DNA of 64,000 nucleotides from Pecten maximus (Eukaryota): NCBI RefSeq assembly GCF_902652985.1, contig NC_047031.1, positions 26,784,001 to 26,848,000 of the forward strand, read 5' to 3'. Shown piece by piece: positions 14,128 to 26,100 of this stretch (position 1 is its first letter; each line of letters starts with the position of its first letter). The notes under the pieces were generated by a model. It saw only the letters and a program-made list of their open reading frames with translations, ran no database searches and was not told where the DNA came from. The position numbers and the translations under genes were made by a program.

Positions 14128-15090
14128 AATGTGTGACGATAAAAGGGTATGACAGTTTTCATACCTTGAATAGTACAAAGAAACTGGATTTTTATGGAAA
14201 TCGGTAAATAATAACTATCGGTATGATATTGATGAGCTGGCGGAACATAAACGTCAATATCTTAATTACGATTATGACAAAATAATGTATGATTGTATGA
14301 ATTTAGATGTTTGAGTATTTTGTAAAACAAGATATTCTCGGGGTTGAAATGTTTCCTTGCATCCGTTATATTTGTCAGCGCTTACGATAATGCAGAGTTC
14401 TCATTCGATAGTTATATGACAAATAAGCTCCAGCAATTTTTTTATGATATATATAAAATATATCTGTTTTTCAGCATTGACAGCACTAGACGATTTACTA
14501 TTAAAATTATTACATGACCTTGTGAATGTCACAAACAACTCTTTAAAGTAAGTCTGTATTATATAGTTTAGCATTAAGAACATGGGTTAAAATCTCAAAT
14601 AACTTATTGCTAACGTGTACCACGTTTTGTGGACACAAGACGAAACTGATGCAAGAAATCTAATCCTATAATATTTCTTTTCTTTAATAAGTGTTTTGCC
14701 GTTGTCGGCTGTTAATTAACATGTGGTTCGAGTGTTTTGGTAAGGGTCATGTAGATACAGTAATTAATACACAAATGCATCGTGATCGAGTGCTGGTATG
14801 TTGATTTGTCAAATAAAACACATCAATGATCCAGTTGTTATCTTGTAAACTTTATTTATTTTACAACAGTTACGTAACAAGCTATACCAACCTGTATCAC
14901 TCACTCTTGTTACTCCCGATGGAAGTGTGGGAGGGGTCTTGGATAATCCCACAGCGTCGGGCAGGTGATCCATACCTTTTCACGTCTGACTTATTGAATA
15001 GAACCCCAGTTTTCCAAGCCAAATATAATTGTTGTTAAATTGTTGCAAGTTCATTAGTTGTCAACAATATTTTACAACAATCGAGAATGG

Positions 15091-16511
15091 TTATTAGCTC
15101 AACTGCCCGAAGGGCAAGTCGTGGTGTTGTGGTGAGGCGTCTGTCGTCCGTCTGGCGTCAACTTTTTCACATAAACGACTTCTTCTCAATAACAAAGAGG
15201 CCCAGGGACTTGATATTGGGCCTGTAGCATGCTGGGGTGAAGGGCTACAAAGTTTGTTGAAATAAATGACCTTGACCTTCATTCAAGGTCACATGGGTCA
15301 AATAGGCCATAATCTTCAAACGACTTATTCTCAACAACCAAGAGGCCCAGTGACTTGATATTGTGCCTTTGTGAAGGGCTACCAAGTTTGTTCAGATAAA
15401 TGACATTGACTTTCATTCAAGGTCACATGGGTCAAATAGGCTATAATCTTCAAACGACTTCTCAATAACCAAGAGGCGCAGTGACTTGATATTGGGCCTG
15501 TGGCATGCTTGGGTAAAGGGCTACCAAGTGTGTTGAAATAAATGACATTGACCTTCATTCAAGGTCACATTGGTCAAATAGGCTATAATCTTCAAACCAC
15601 TTCTTCTCAATAACCAAGAGGCCCAGAGACTTGATATTGGGCCTGTAGCATGCTGGGGTAAAGGGCTACCAAGTGTGTTGAAATAAATGACATTGACATT
15701 CATTCAAGGTCACATTGGTCAAATAGGCTATAATCTTCAAACCACTTCTTCTCAATAACCAAGAGGCCCAGAGACTTGATATTGGGCCTGTAGCATGCTG
15801 GGGTGAAGGGCTACTAAGTTTGTTCAAATAAATGACCTTGACCTTCATTCAAGGTCACATGGGTCAAATAGGCTATAAACTTCAAACCACTTCTCAATAA
15901 CCAAGAGACCCAGGGACTTGATATTGGGCCTGTAGCATGCTGGGGTGAAGGGCTACTAAGTTTGTTCAAATAAATGACCTTGATCTTCATTCAAGGTCAC
16001 ATGGGTCAAATAGGCTATAAACTTCAAACCACTTCTCAATAACCAAGAGACCCATGGACTTGATATTGGACCTGTAGCATGCTGGAGGGAAGGGCTACTA
16101 AGTTTGTTCAAATAAATTACCTTGATCTTCATTCAAGGTCACATGTGTCAAATAGGCTATTAACTTCAAACCACTTCTCAATAACCAAGAGACCCAGGGA
16201 CTTGATATTGGGCCTGTAGCATGCTGGAGTGAAGGGCTACCAAGTTGGTTCAAATGAATGACATTGACCTACATTCAAGGTCACAGAGGTGAAATATTTT
16301 TAAATCTTGCGATAGCCAAGAGTCACCAAGACCTGCTATTAGGCCAATATTATGTTGGAATGAAGGACTAGAAAATTCATTTACATGAATAAACCTAGAT
16401 TACTATTTGAATAAATTGGTTATCAGCATAGTATCTGTAGAAATGATCTCAATCAACTGCAAATTTGCAGTAGAGCCAGGTGAGCGATACAGGCCCATTG
16501 GGCCTATTGTT
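15091..16511 (+). mobile_element. Helentron-associated non-autonomous element (HINE) with internal ~142-145 bp tandem array
   Basis: 5' TTATTAGCTCAACTG subterminal repeat, GTCGTCCGTC microsatellite, about 8 tandem units, 3' CAGGTGAGCGA, terminal hairpin AGGCCC-ATT-GGGCCT, then TTGTT. Confidence 0.85.
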
Positions 16512-16988
16512 AGTATATCAACATAGTATCATATGGTCCGGATTGAAGCACGCGAGGGTCTTTCTGTGGGAGGAAAATCCACTTGGCCGGGCAGTTGACC
16601 CGCCAAGATGAAAGGCAAGCGTACGCGTATAACCACTGCCACCAGACCACTCAAATTGTTACACATACCCGTGTGTATCAGTTTGTTTCTATTTCGCTGT
16701 GAATTTGACCGGCGTCACAATAATTGTTTGATTATAGAACAGTCGCGAGCCGTGATGGATATATATATCATGTTCCTATTTCCTTGTCATTCTTCCTGGT
16801 AGCCTGACAGAGTCGAGATTATAATCGTATTTTGTTATTACCACAAGATTACGTGTAATATATCGCTCTGTCTATTACTAAGAGTGAGTCATCATGTGCT
16901 TGCCACTAACGGGCGTGACCGATGGCGTGTTAACACTAATACAATAATGGGGATATATGTTTATAATGTATTGCACGTGCACTGTTGA

Positions 16989-17553
16989 TTTTATTAGGTC
17001 ACCTAAGACTTAAGTGACCTATTCTTATCACCTTTTGTCCGTCGTCGTGTGTCGTCCGTCCGTAAACAATTTACATTTTCGACTTCTCCAAAATCGTTAA
17101 ACTAAATTCAATGACATTTGGCTTCTATGGCTAAAGGTGAACCAAAAATTGTGAATTATGTGGTCTCCACCCCCCAGGACCTGAGGGCTAAAATTTCGAA
17201 AATCTTCTTCTCAAGACTAAGGTAGCATCAATAACTCTTCACAGATTGAAGGGTCTAAAGGTGCTTTACCAAAAGTGTGAATTTCATGACCATGGGGTCC
17301 CATGTTTGCCCCTGGGAGGGGGTAAATTTTACGATAGTTTATATAGAAAAATCACATTTTTGATTATCATTTGTTTGATTTCTATTGGAATTCATTCTAA
17401 TTTAGTTAACATCATCATGGGATGACAGTTTGATGGTGTGCATATATTGGCCTTGACTGACCCCCAGGGACTGATGGGTGGGGCAAAAAAGGATTTAATT
17501 AACCGAATTATTTAAAATCTCAGGTGACCGTTAAGGCCCATGGGTGTCTTGTT
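16989..17553 (+). mobile_element. Second HINE-type element (different family)
   Basis: 5' TTTTATTAGGTCACCT...AAGTGACCTA inverted repeat, (GTC/GTCC)n tract, 3' CAGGTGACCGTTAAGGCCCATGGG..CTTGTT end. Confidence 0.8.
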
Positions 17554-17573
17554 ATTTGATTATTAATGTTATG

Positions 17574-19253
17574 AAACAACTCAATACCATTATTTTTAAT
17601 TTCTTATGGAATGGTAAAGCTGATAAGGTGAAGAGAAAAGTAATAACTAAGGAGTATTCAGAGGGTGGGTTAAAAATGATAAACATCTATGCCTTTGTTG
17701 ATTCCCTTAAACTAGGATGGTTAAAAAGATTACTCCATAATACATGTATAAGAAAATGGCAGGTTTTATTCAACAATCTGTTTAACCGGAACTATTGCAT
17801 ACATTTTGGGATTGATTATTTACGGTTATGTCAAAAACAATGTAAAAATGAATTCTGGGCCGATGTTTTCAAAGCTTGGGAAAGATTATTGACATCAGAA
17901 ACTAATACGAAACATCAACAACTCTCTTTTCTAAAAAGTCCACTATGGCATAATCCACATATTAGTATTGGTGGACACTCTGTTTTCTATAAAGACTGGT
18001 TTAGTAAGGGTGTCCAAGTAGTTAATGATGTGTTAAAAGATTCGAATACTCTTTCTTTTCATACATTCAATGAATTTACTCAGAAATATAATATACGAAC
18101 AAACTTTCTTAAATATCAGGGTGTTATTAATTCTATCCGTAAAAACTTCCATTTACAGGAGATCATAGATAAAGACCTGATATTACCATATATTCCACAT
18201 AATATATATTTATTTCTCAAATCACAACAGGACATTAAAATTATATATAAAAGTCTTTCAAAAAATATAGAAATTGCTACAGGAAAAAAAAGTGGAATGA
18301 AGTGTTTGATTTTACAGATTCAACATGGGCAAATATCTTTTCCATACCTTTTAAAGTAACAAATAACTCAAAACTTCAGTGGTTTCAATTTAGAATCTTG
18401 CACAATATTTTAACTCTAAATTCAGTTCTTTTTAAAGTAAACATTGTTACAAGTCTGTTGTGTACTTTTTGTAAATTTTACCCTGAAACAATAATTCATA
18501 TTTTTTGGGAGTGTGAAAAAGTTAAGTTCTTTTTGCAAAGTTTTGAATCACTTCTCGATGCACTAGTTAATCTGGATTGGAATAAATGGAAAAACATATT
18601 ATCTATTTAAGACCTCTAAAAGCTTAAAAAGTGTTTATTTTCTGTTTTATCAATATGTATGTATAGTTCTATTGATTTATGTGGGGTTTTTTGGGGGGTT
18701 CCCCCCCCCCCCCCCCCCCCCCCCCCTTTTTTTTGTGACCCTGACAGTCTGTCCCAGGACTCTTCATTTTTAAAATAAGTATTATGATATGTCAAATTAT
18801 AGCATTTTTAATACTCTTGTCATTTGTTGTTACTAGGCCATAGTCTTATTTAGTATATCTTATATCCAGCTTTTACACTCAATTCAATTTCATTACATTA
18901 TAAGTCCCGCCTCTCTCTCTCTCTCTCTCTCATAAAAAAGCAACATATGAATGAGATTAAGATTGATGTATTCGGATGATGATGATGATGATGTGTTTGG
19001 ATGAAATATGATGATGATGCATGTGTTTTGATGATGATGATGATAATGTTTGTATTTGGATGAAATACGATGATGATGTGTTTGGACAATGATGATGATT
19101 ATGATGAAGTGTTTGGATAATGATGATGTTCATGTGTTTTTTGGATGATGATGATGATGTGTCCGGATGAAAGATGATGATGATGATGATGATGATGTAT
19201 TTGGATAATGATGATGATGTGTTTTTTGGATGATGATGATGTGTCCGGATGAC

Positions 19254-19289
<36 letters not shown>

Positions 19290-19459
19290 TGTCCGGATGA
19301 CATGATGATGATGATGATGATGATGTGTTTGCTGGATGATGATGATGATGATGTATTTGGATAATGATGATGATGGGTTTTTGGATGATGATGATGTGTC
19401 CGCATGACATGATGATGATGATGATGATGTGTCCGGATGACATGATGATGATGTGTTTG

Positions 19460-19499
<40 letters not shown>

Positions 19500-19591
19500 G
19501 GAAGGGAATTTGAATGAATTATTTTATTATGTACATCATATGTTGTTGATGAAAATGCTTTAAAAATAAAAAAAATACAAAAAAAAAAAAA
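17574..19591 (+). mobile_element. 5'-truncated L1/Tx1-clade LINE (RT C-terminal region and zf-RVT, frameshifted) with poly(A) tail and TSD
   Basis: FLWNGKADKVKR...EGGLKMINI, SPLWHN, then KLQWFQFRILHNIL...CTFC...ETIIHIFWEC zinc finger. Frameshift near 18290. Poly(A) at about 19562-19592. 12-bp TSD ATTAATGTTATG at 17562-17573 and 19592-19603. Confidence 0.9.
18960..19497. repeat. Compound (GAT)n microsatellite inside the LINE 3' region
   Basis: Long GATGAT runs interrupted by GTGTCCGGATGACAT and GTTTGGAT spacers. Confidence 0.95.
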
Positions 19592-19789
19592 ATTAATGTT
19601 ATGGATTGTTTTAATGCCTTTTTATATTTCTATGGCTGAAATGGGTAGAGTATTTATACATCAACATGCATTAAGTCTTCAGGGAAGTTTACCCGAGCGT
19701 CAAGTTTAAGTTCCTTGAGCAGTTTCCTTGTCACCATACCTGGTTGAGAATCTAAATAGTATCAGTATTACCGGGTACATGTGTAGTTC

Positions 19790-20015
19790 AGAGGTGATTC
19801 GTGCTGTGTAGATCTAACCCAGTCTGTCACTAGAGGCGATTTGTGTTGTGAGGATATTACCCTGTCTATCATTAGAGGTGATTTGTGTTGTGAGGATATT
19901 ACCCTGTCTATCATTAGAGGTGATTTGTGTTGTGAGGATATTACCCTGTCTATCATTAGAGGTGATTTGTGTTGTGAGGATATTACCCTGTCTATCATTA
20001 GAGTTGATTTGTGCT
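19790..20015. repeat. 42-bp minisatellite, about 5 units
   Basis: Unit GAGGTGATTTGTGTTGTGAGGATATTACCCTGTCTATCATTA. Confidence 0.95.
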
Positions 20016-20150
20016 GTGTGCAACACAGAAATGGGGGTATATGCAGTTATTATACTGATGATGTATTGTAAGCACATTTTTGGTACTCCAGTACGTTATG
20101 ACAAACCATACTTACTAACTAACATAGCATACATCAATGGACATCTACAG

Positions 20151-21258
20151 CTTCTACTTCTACTTCTACCGATTGTTGACCTCCTTCAACATTATGAAGA
20201 TGCTGTCAATGATCTGCGCTATGCTTAAAGGGAAAAATAAGAAGTAGCACTAAATTATCAGGTTAAAACTATGTACATTGAGGACGAAATTAATATTTGT
20301 AGGAAGAGAGCTGGGATTTGAAGGCAGTAATAGTGTTTGCAGAGATGAGATCAGGAGGGAGTTTGTTCCATTCGGATATGGTGTTTGGAAAGAAAGATTC
20401 TTTACGACAGGTGGTGCGGCAGTGCGGGACTTGATAGGAAAAGGAGTGTGATAGTCGAGTTTGACGGTTTTGAGTGGTGAGATGATTGTCTTTGTTGATG
20501 GCAACAAGGCTGTGTGTGATTTTATACAGCATAGTGAGTCTGGCATCCCTACGCCTGTCTGAAAGACTACGCCAGCCTAGTCTTTGGAGCATATCGCCAA
20601 CACTGGATGTGTTGTGATACCTGTGTGTCACAAAGCGGGCGGCTCGTCGTTGGACCATTTCTAGTTTGTCAATGTCGTTTTTTAGATGTGGGTCCCAAAT
20701 TGTACAAGCATATTCTACTGAAGGCCGAACTAATGATTTATATGCTTGCTGTTTCACAGAAATGGAATTGATGTTTAAGTTTCGTTTTAGAAAACCTAGT
20801 GTTTTGTTGGCTTTATTGCAGATGTTTTGTATGTGGGGGCCCCAATTAAGATTTTGTTGGATGGTAACTCCCAAGTACTTAGCTTTATCCACATGTTCTA
20901 GACAATGGCCATGGAGATAGTACTCATGTTGCACTGGGTTTCTACGTTGGGTAACGGAGAGGACATTACATTTTTTAGGATGGAATGCCATTTTCCACTT
21001 AGATTCCCAGGCTGCCAGTTTGTCTAGGTCAGACTGCAATGTTTGTGCATCCCTGTCTGAGGAGACAGTGATATAAACAATAGTGTCGTCAGCGAAAAGT
21101 CTGATAGAGGAGGATAAACCTTGGGGCATGTCGTTTATATAAAATAGAAACAGACTTGGCCCAAGGACCGACCCCTGGGGTACCCCTGACTCTACTGGTA
21201 CAAGTGAAGAATGTTCGCCTTCGAGGACTACTGACTGGCGTCTGTTTTCTAGAAAATT
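20151..21258 (-). mobile_element. 5'-truncated CR1/L2-group LINE (reverse transcriptase fragment)
   Basis: Uninterrupted frame NFLENRRQSVVLEG...SGVPQGSVLGPSLFLFYIND...LFADD...WKMAFHPKKC...KYLGV...LVRPSVEYA...LEMVQRRAARFV. 3' tail (GTAGAA)3 at 20151-20169. Confidence 0.93.
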
Positions 21259-21463
21259 TCCCCTGTCGTGGTGGAAATAAGGATGATAACAGTTCGTCTT
21301 GGTTAATCTGGAGGATTAGAGGCGGAGCCAATTCGTTTGTGACAGCTGACGAGGGACGGTTTATCAACAGACATGGACACCTAGTCTTCCTTCACACCTT
21401 ACACAAATACCCAGGAGTTTTCCTTCCGAATGGTTCAAATACGGCGCCTTATTTTCCTAATAG

Positions 21464-22093
21464 TGTCAGGACATTTTTGGATATTCCCTTCACAATTGGA
21501 AGAACCAACAAAATACAATTCGTGCTGATATACGTAAACGATTTGGAAGTTCGGCTGATAGATATTTGAAAACTAAAAGCTGTGCATTGTTCTTTATCGC
21601 CCTTGTTAAGATGTACACAGACAATACATTTTATAGAGACCTTAATACATTACTTCGTACTGAGAACATCACACTGGAAAACTCTCTGGGCTCGTTAGGG
21701 CTAATGTTAAATGTCGTACTTTTACAATGGCCAACCTTGTCAAACTTTGGACGGGAAACTTACCGCGGAATGGGCAGTAACTTCACACAGCATGTGGTTG
21801 AATACAAAAGTGGAATGTCGTTCGCATGGAAGAGCTTCATTTCAGCATCTATTGATAAATCAATAGGCTGTGCTTTTGCAATTTCGGCTATCTTTGTCAT
21901 TGACAACACTGTTGAAACAAATTGGAGATCGCGAAAGATAATGAATTATTCCGAGTTCCCTGGCGAATACGAAGTGCTGTATCCAGTTTCATCTATATTT
22001 CTTATTACCAGAGTAGAAAAGAACAGTTCATTCTGTGGTGAAAAGAAATTGGTTAAAATTTCTATTTCACTCCTAAAGACATTCATTGATTGA
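21464..22093 (+). CDS. ADP-ribosyltransferase catalytic domain reading frame
   Basis: The frame is open from 21464 (CQDIFGYSLHNW...) to the stop at 22093 and contains the YRG, S-x-S and E-x-E motifs. It is either a terminal exon after the TAG at 21461-21463 or the post-frameshift part of a pseudogene. Confidence 0.75.
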   Translation, partial: CQDIFGYSLHNWKNQQNTIRADIRKRFGSSADRYLKTKSCALFFIALVKMYTDNTFYRDLNTLLRTENITLENSLGSLGLMLNVVLLQWPTLSNFGRETYRGMGSNFTQHVVEYKSGMSFAWKSFISASIDKSIGCAFAISAIFVIDNTVETNWRSRKIMNYSEFPGEYEVLYPVSSIFLITRVEKNSSFCGEKKLVKISISLLKTFID

Positions 22094-23163
22094 CACCTTC
22101 GACAAATTCATCAAAAAGTTATTGCTTTTTGACAGCAGCCATATAAAGCAAGAGGCCATGAGTGAGATGTATTCCGCTTTCTACCCTGGTATCTAGCTCT
22201 AACGGGTCCTAACCGGGACGAGGATATAACAACCTGAAACTGATGATATTGGAAGTGACTGAAAATCGTTCCTTGTTGATATTATAACTTTTTAACAAGG
22301 ACCGTTTACGACATTGTAACAAGGTCAGTTTGTGGTATAGTATTTGAGATAGCTGGTCAGGACTAGAAATATTTTTTACACAAGATTGCCGTAGTTTTTT
22401 TCAGTTAATATACCACCAAAGCTCTTTTTCGCTTGAACTTTACAGTATGATTTAATGTGACTTGATATTTATTTTACAAAAAGACAATTGCAGATTTGAT
22501 GGGATCATATTGAAGATAATATATCAAAAATAAGAAAGTTTCATGAATGGCAGGGAATGTATTTTGTAACACTTGCTCACGAGATAAACAGATTTCATCT
22601 CGAAATCCTTTAGATTTGATACATTTATGAAACTCTTTGTATTATCTTTCTCGAAATCTCGCAATGTGTAAACCTTAAGTGTAATAAAAGCACACTCTAT
22701 TTGACAATCTTATATGAATTGAAACGTGGAAGCTTGTAAGACGAATTTATTAGAGAAAATCTAGAAAAATATTTAGAAATTAGACATAAACCTGTTTTGC
22801 CATGTTTGGTCATGATGTTTTGACTCTGCCTTAAACTCTTGTTCCAAAACACACAGTTTTTAATTTAAAAAAAAAAGATGGTAATGGCTAGCGTTGAAAA
22901 TAATGGAATACGTTATTGAGCAGCGCATCATTGAAGGCGAAAGTGTCTAGATACCGAAGAATGGAAAACGCTCAATGGAAACGTACTCTGTTACAGATCG
23001 ATTTAGCCCGCAATTATCTGCGTTCATGGACAATTAGTAGACGTTTCACTCTGTTTTGAAAATACGTAACTTAATCGCACGGAACATACAGGCCTTACAG
23101 GTCTGCGGTAAAATAGTGTTTTCGTTGGGCAAGTTTTTTTTTTTTTTTTTTTTTTTTCGTGGG

Positions 23164-26100
23164 CATTTGTCCTAGTTGTTTACCATTATAGTTTAACCAA
23201 CAGTGTATACAATCGTGGATAAAAAAATACCCCAAAAATAACCATGATTAATTTAAATATTAAAATCTTAAAATACAACAAGAAACGTAGTATCGTCAAA
23301 TGTTTTAATGCACTTACTTGACATTGATATTTCCTAACAATGCGTAAAATCTTGTCATGCACTTTCCTGTCAACTCAATCCACTTTTCTTTCACTTTCTC
23401 CCAAATCAATTAAAAAGTCTTCATTTCCATAAGAAAATAGTGCAGTTACAATATTGACACATTTGGAATTATATATTAAGAATTTGAAGGCAAAACAGAT
23501 GTTCATAATGTACATTTCTAACCATTACAAATTTGAACAGTTGTCATGCATACATTTACTTTGTGAATATCAACAGATTTTAAACTTCCGGTAATACACA
23601 AGGGAATATACGATTTCATTTTTTTACCATTTCATCCAGATTAAAAAAACATTGCACTGGACAAACGTCTACAGCACTTTTTATCATCGTTCATTGTCCA
23701 TACATGGGAAGTTAAAAAGCTTGAGGTCAGATTTGGAAATGACTCATCTAGAAATCTGACACGGGTAGTATATATCCTACCAGTCCCGTTGCCAAATGAT
23801 TAAAAATGAAAATTCCCTTTGAAGATCCGCAGTTCAACTAGTATTGCCTTATCATAATGTGGTACACAGTGCATTTTAAAACATTCAAGGTATTTTTTTC
23901 ATTCTGATTAATATAACGAAAATAAGAATTATATGAAAAAAATCAATTAAATGACCTTATCGATCACTTGTCATACATGGTCATATATCTGCAGAGAATG
24001 AAAATATTAAAAATGAGTAATATTTATTTTTTTCTTATCAAAATAAAACAATTTACCTGACACTTATGACAGGCGTCTTTGTCTGGTTAGTAATTATAGA
24101 CAAAAATACCGGCTCCTACTAGTACTCCTACTATATTTACAAGGTGTAATAACACTTGGAAAATCGGAAATTAGGGTGAGCTATTTTCACTTAAAGTTCA
24201 ATTCGACCAAAATATAAAATGCATTCAAACTTCAGGTACGCACCTTGGCTTAACAATGAATTGTAGCAATGACTTCAAGATGTAAAAAAAAAAAAATGCC
24301 CCAAAACGATAGTATTATCCGAAGATGCATTTCAGGGGCATACCTTCGGTCGGTTTGGTGATATAGTATAAGTAGTGGTTATTTTTCCTATAAATAACAA
24401 TCAGATGCAGACGCCTGTGTACGTACGTATGTCAGAATGATTGTATTACAGATACCCATTCACAATTGTTTGAAACGTAAGATATAATTTCCTACATAAA
24501 TGATTGATCCTTAAAAATTACGCCGACGAATGGAATGACGATGAACGCATTGCCTTGTCTTAAAATTACAATTTATCGTGTTGATAGAATAAAACAATAT
24601 GGAATCAAATGACGTTAAAATCATTTGGTTGGATTACAAATGTCCATTAAAAAAACCACACCTACATTTAATATTATTTGTTATACAATTGAAGATATAA
24701 ATGTTAAGAAAAACAATACACAATTAATCTGTCAGAATAGGCATTGGAGACTGTTTGCTAATCACAATTAAAAACTGAAAAATTTAAACAAATTTCTATT
24801 CAGTCGGCCAACCATTCGTTCTCATTTATCGGATTTCCCCCTTGAATATATTTTTTATTGCAAGAAGTTTCAATAAGTCTTAATCATGGAAAGCTTCATA
24901 AACTTTCTCGGGGCAACACAACGCCAGAAAAAAAGGTTTAAAAATGTACAATCAAATAATATTAAAAATTAACATTCAAACCCATGCAGACATAGACCAT
25001 ATTTTGTAATGGAAAATTGCAACCACAGCATTAAACCAAAGCCTATTTGTACATTAGAAATATATATAGATATAGAATAATACATCGCCCAGAGAATGAA
25101 TGCCACATTGCTTTTTTCAGTTGGGATTTGTTTTTCGAATATTAAGTTTTAACCTGATGTCCTTTACACGAACACGTGATCTAATTTCAATTTTAAAATC
25201 TCTTTAGCTTATAGGCATTCATCCTTTGTAGGGAGTGAGCTTAATTAAAATGTTCAATTGTACAAGTTGAAAAAAATGACAAAAAAATGAACGCAAAAAA
25301 TCAACACACATTACGTTAAATCTAATAGATTGTTCTATTCATTCAAATGCTATTTTGGTAACATCTGGTAAAACCATATTTCCAAGTACAATAAAAAAAA
25401 TTATCTATAATCATTACGATAGCTCAATATATATATAACTTTGGGTTTGATGTGAAATATTAACGCAAATAGATTTACTGTTTCCATATAGTATTGAACA
25501 TTAACCACATTTGACAGCGTTGTCTCTGTGAGTAGCTGTACGTCATCCATTTAAACAAACGTGACTGCCTCTCAACCAAACATGGTACTTGTCAAAAGCA
25601 TGACCTCTTGGGAAATTTTAATACATCTAACATCTATGACATTATACATTTGTCCAAGTGGATTACCATTATAGTATTAACAACAGTGTATACAATCGTT
25701 GATAAAAAATCCCCCAAAATCACCATGATGAGTTTCAATATTATTAAGTTTAAAATACAAGAAAACTAAGTATCGACAAATGTTTTAATGCACTTACTTG
25801 AGATTGATATTTCCCTACAATGCGTAAAGTCTTGTCATGCACTTTCCTGTCAACTCAATATAATTTTCTTTCACTCCCCCAAATTAATTACAAAGTCTTC
25901 ATTCCATAAATAGTGCAGTTACAATATTGACACATTTGGAATTATGTCATAAGACTTTGAAGGCAAAACAGTTGTTCATAATGTACATTTATAACCAGTA
26001 CAGGTTTGAACAGTTGTCATGTATACATTTACTTCGTGTTCATCAAGATGAGTTTAAATTTCCGGTAATAAACTATGGAATATATTATTTCATTATTTTT

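Larger units (their letters stand above)
20031..22093 (+). pseudogene. Mono-ADP-ribosyltransferase (R-S-ExE, ARTC/ecto-ART-like), disrupted by a LINE insertion and a probable frameshift
   Basis: C-terminal domain: KMYT...FYRDLNTLLR, TYRG, FAWKSFISAS, IFVI, YSEFPGEYEVL. Upstream in-frame coding-like pieces lie at 21255-21466 and 20031-20150 (hydrophobic N-terminus). Confidence 0.7.

Noticed and set aside
15094-15848. Repeated 60-aa ORFs on the minus strand
   Set aside because: They are by-products of the HINE internal satellite units.
18898-19443. His/Ile/Ser-rich ORFs
   Set aside because: They are translations of the (GAT)n microsatellite inside a LINE 3' region.
21156-21254. N-terminus of ORF 21156-21569 (MAQGPTPGV...)
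   Set aside because: It is the antisense reading of the CR1-like RT. Only the part after about 21255 is plausibly host coding sequence.
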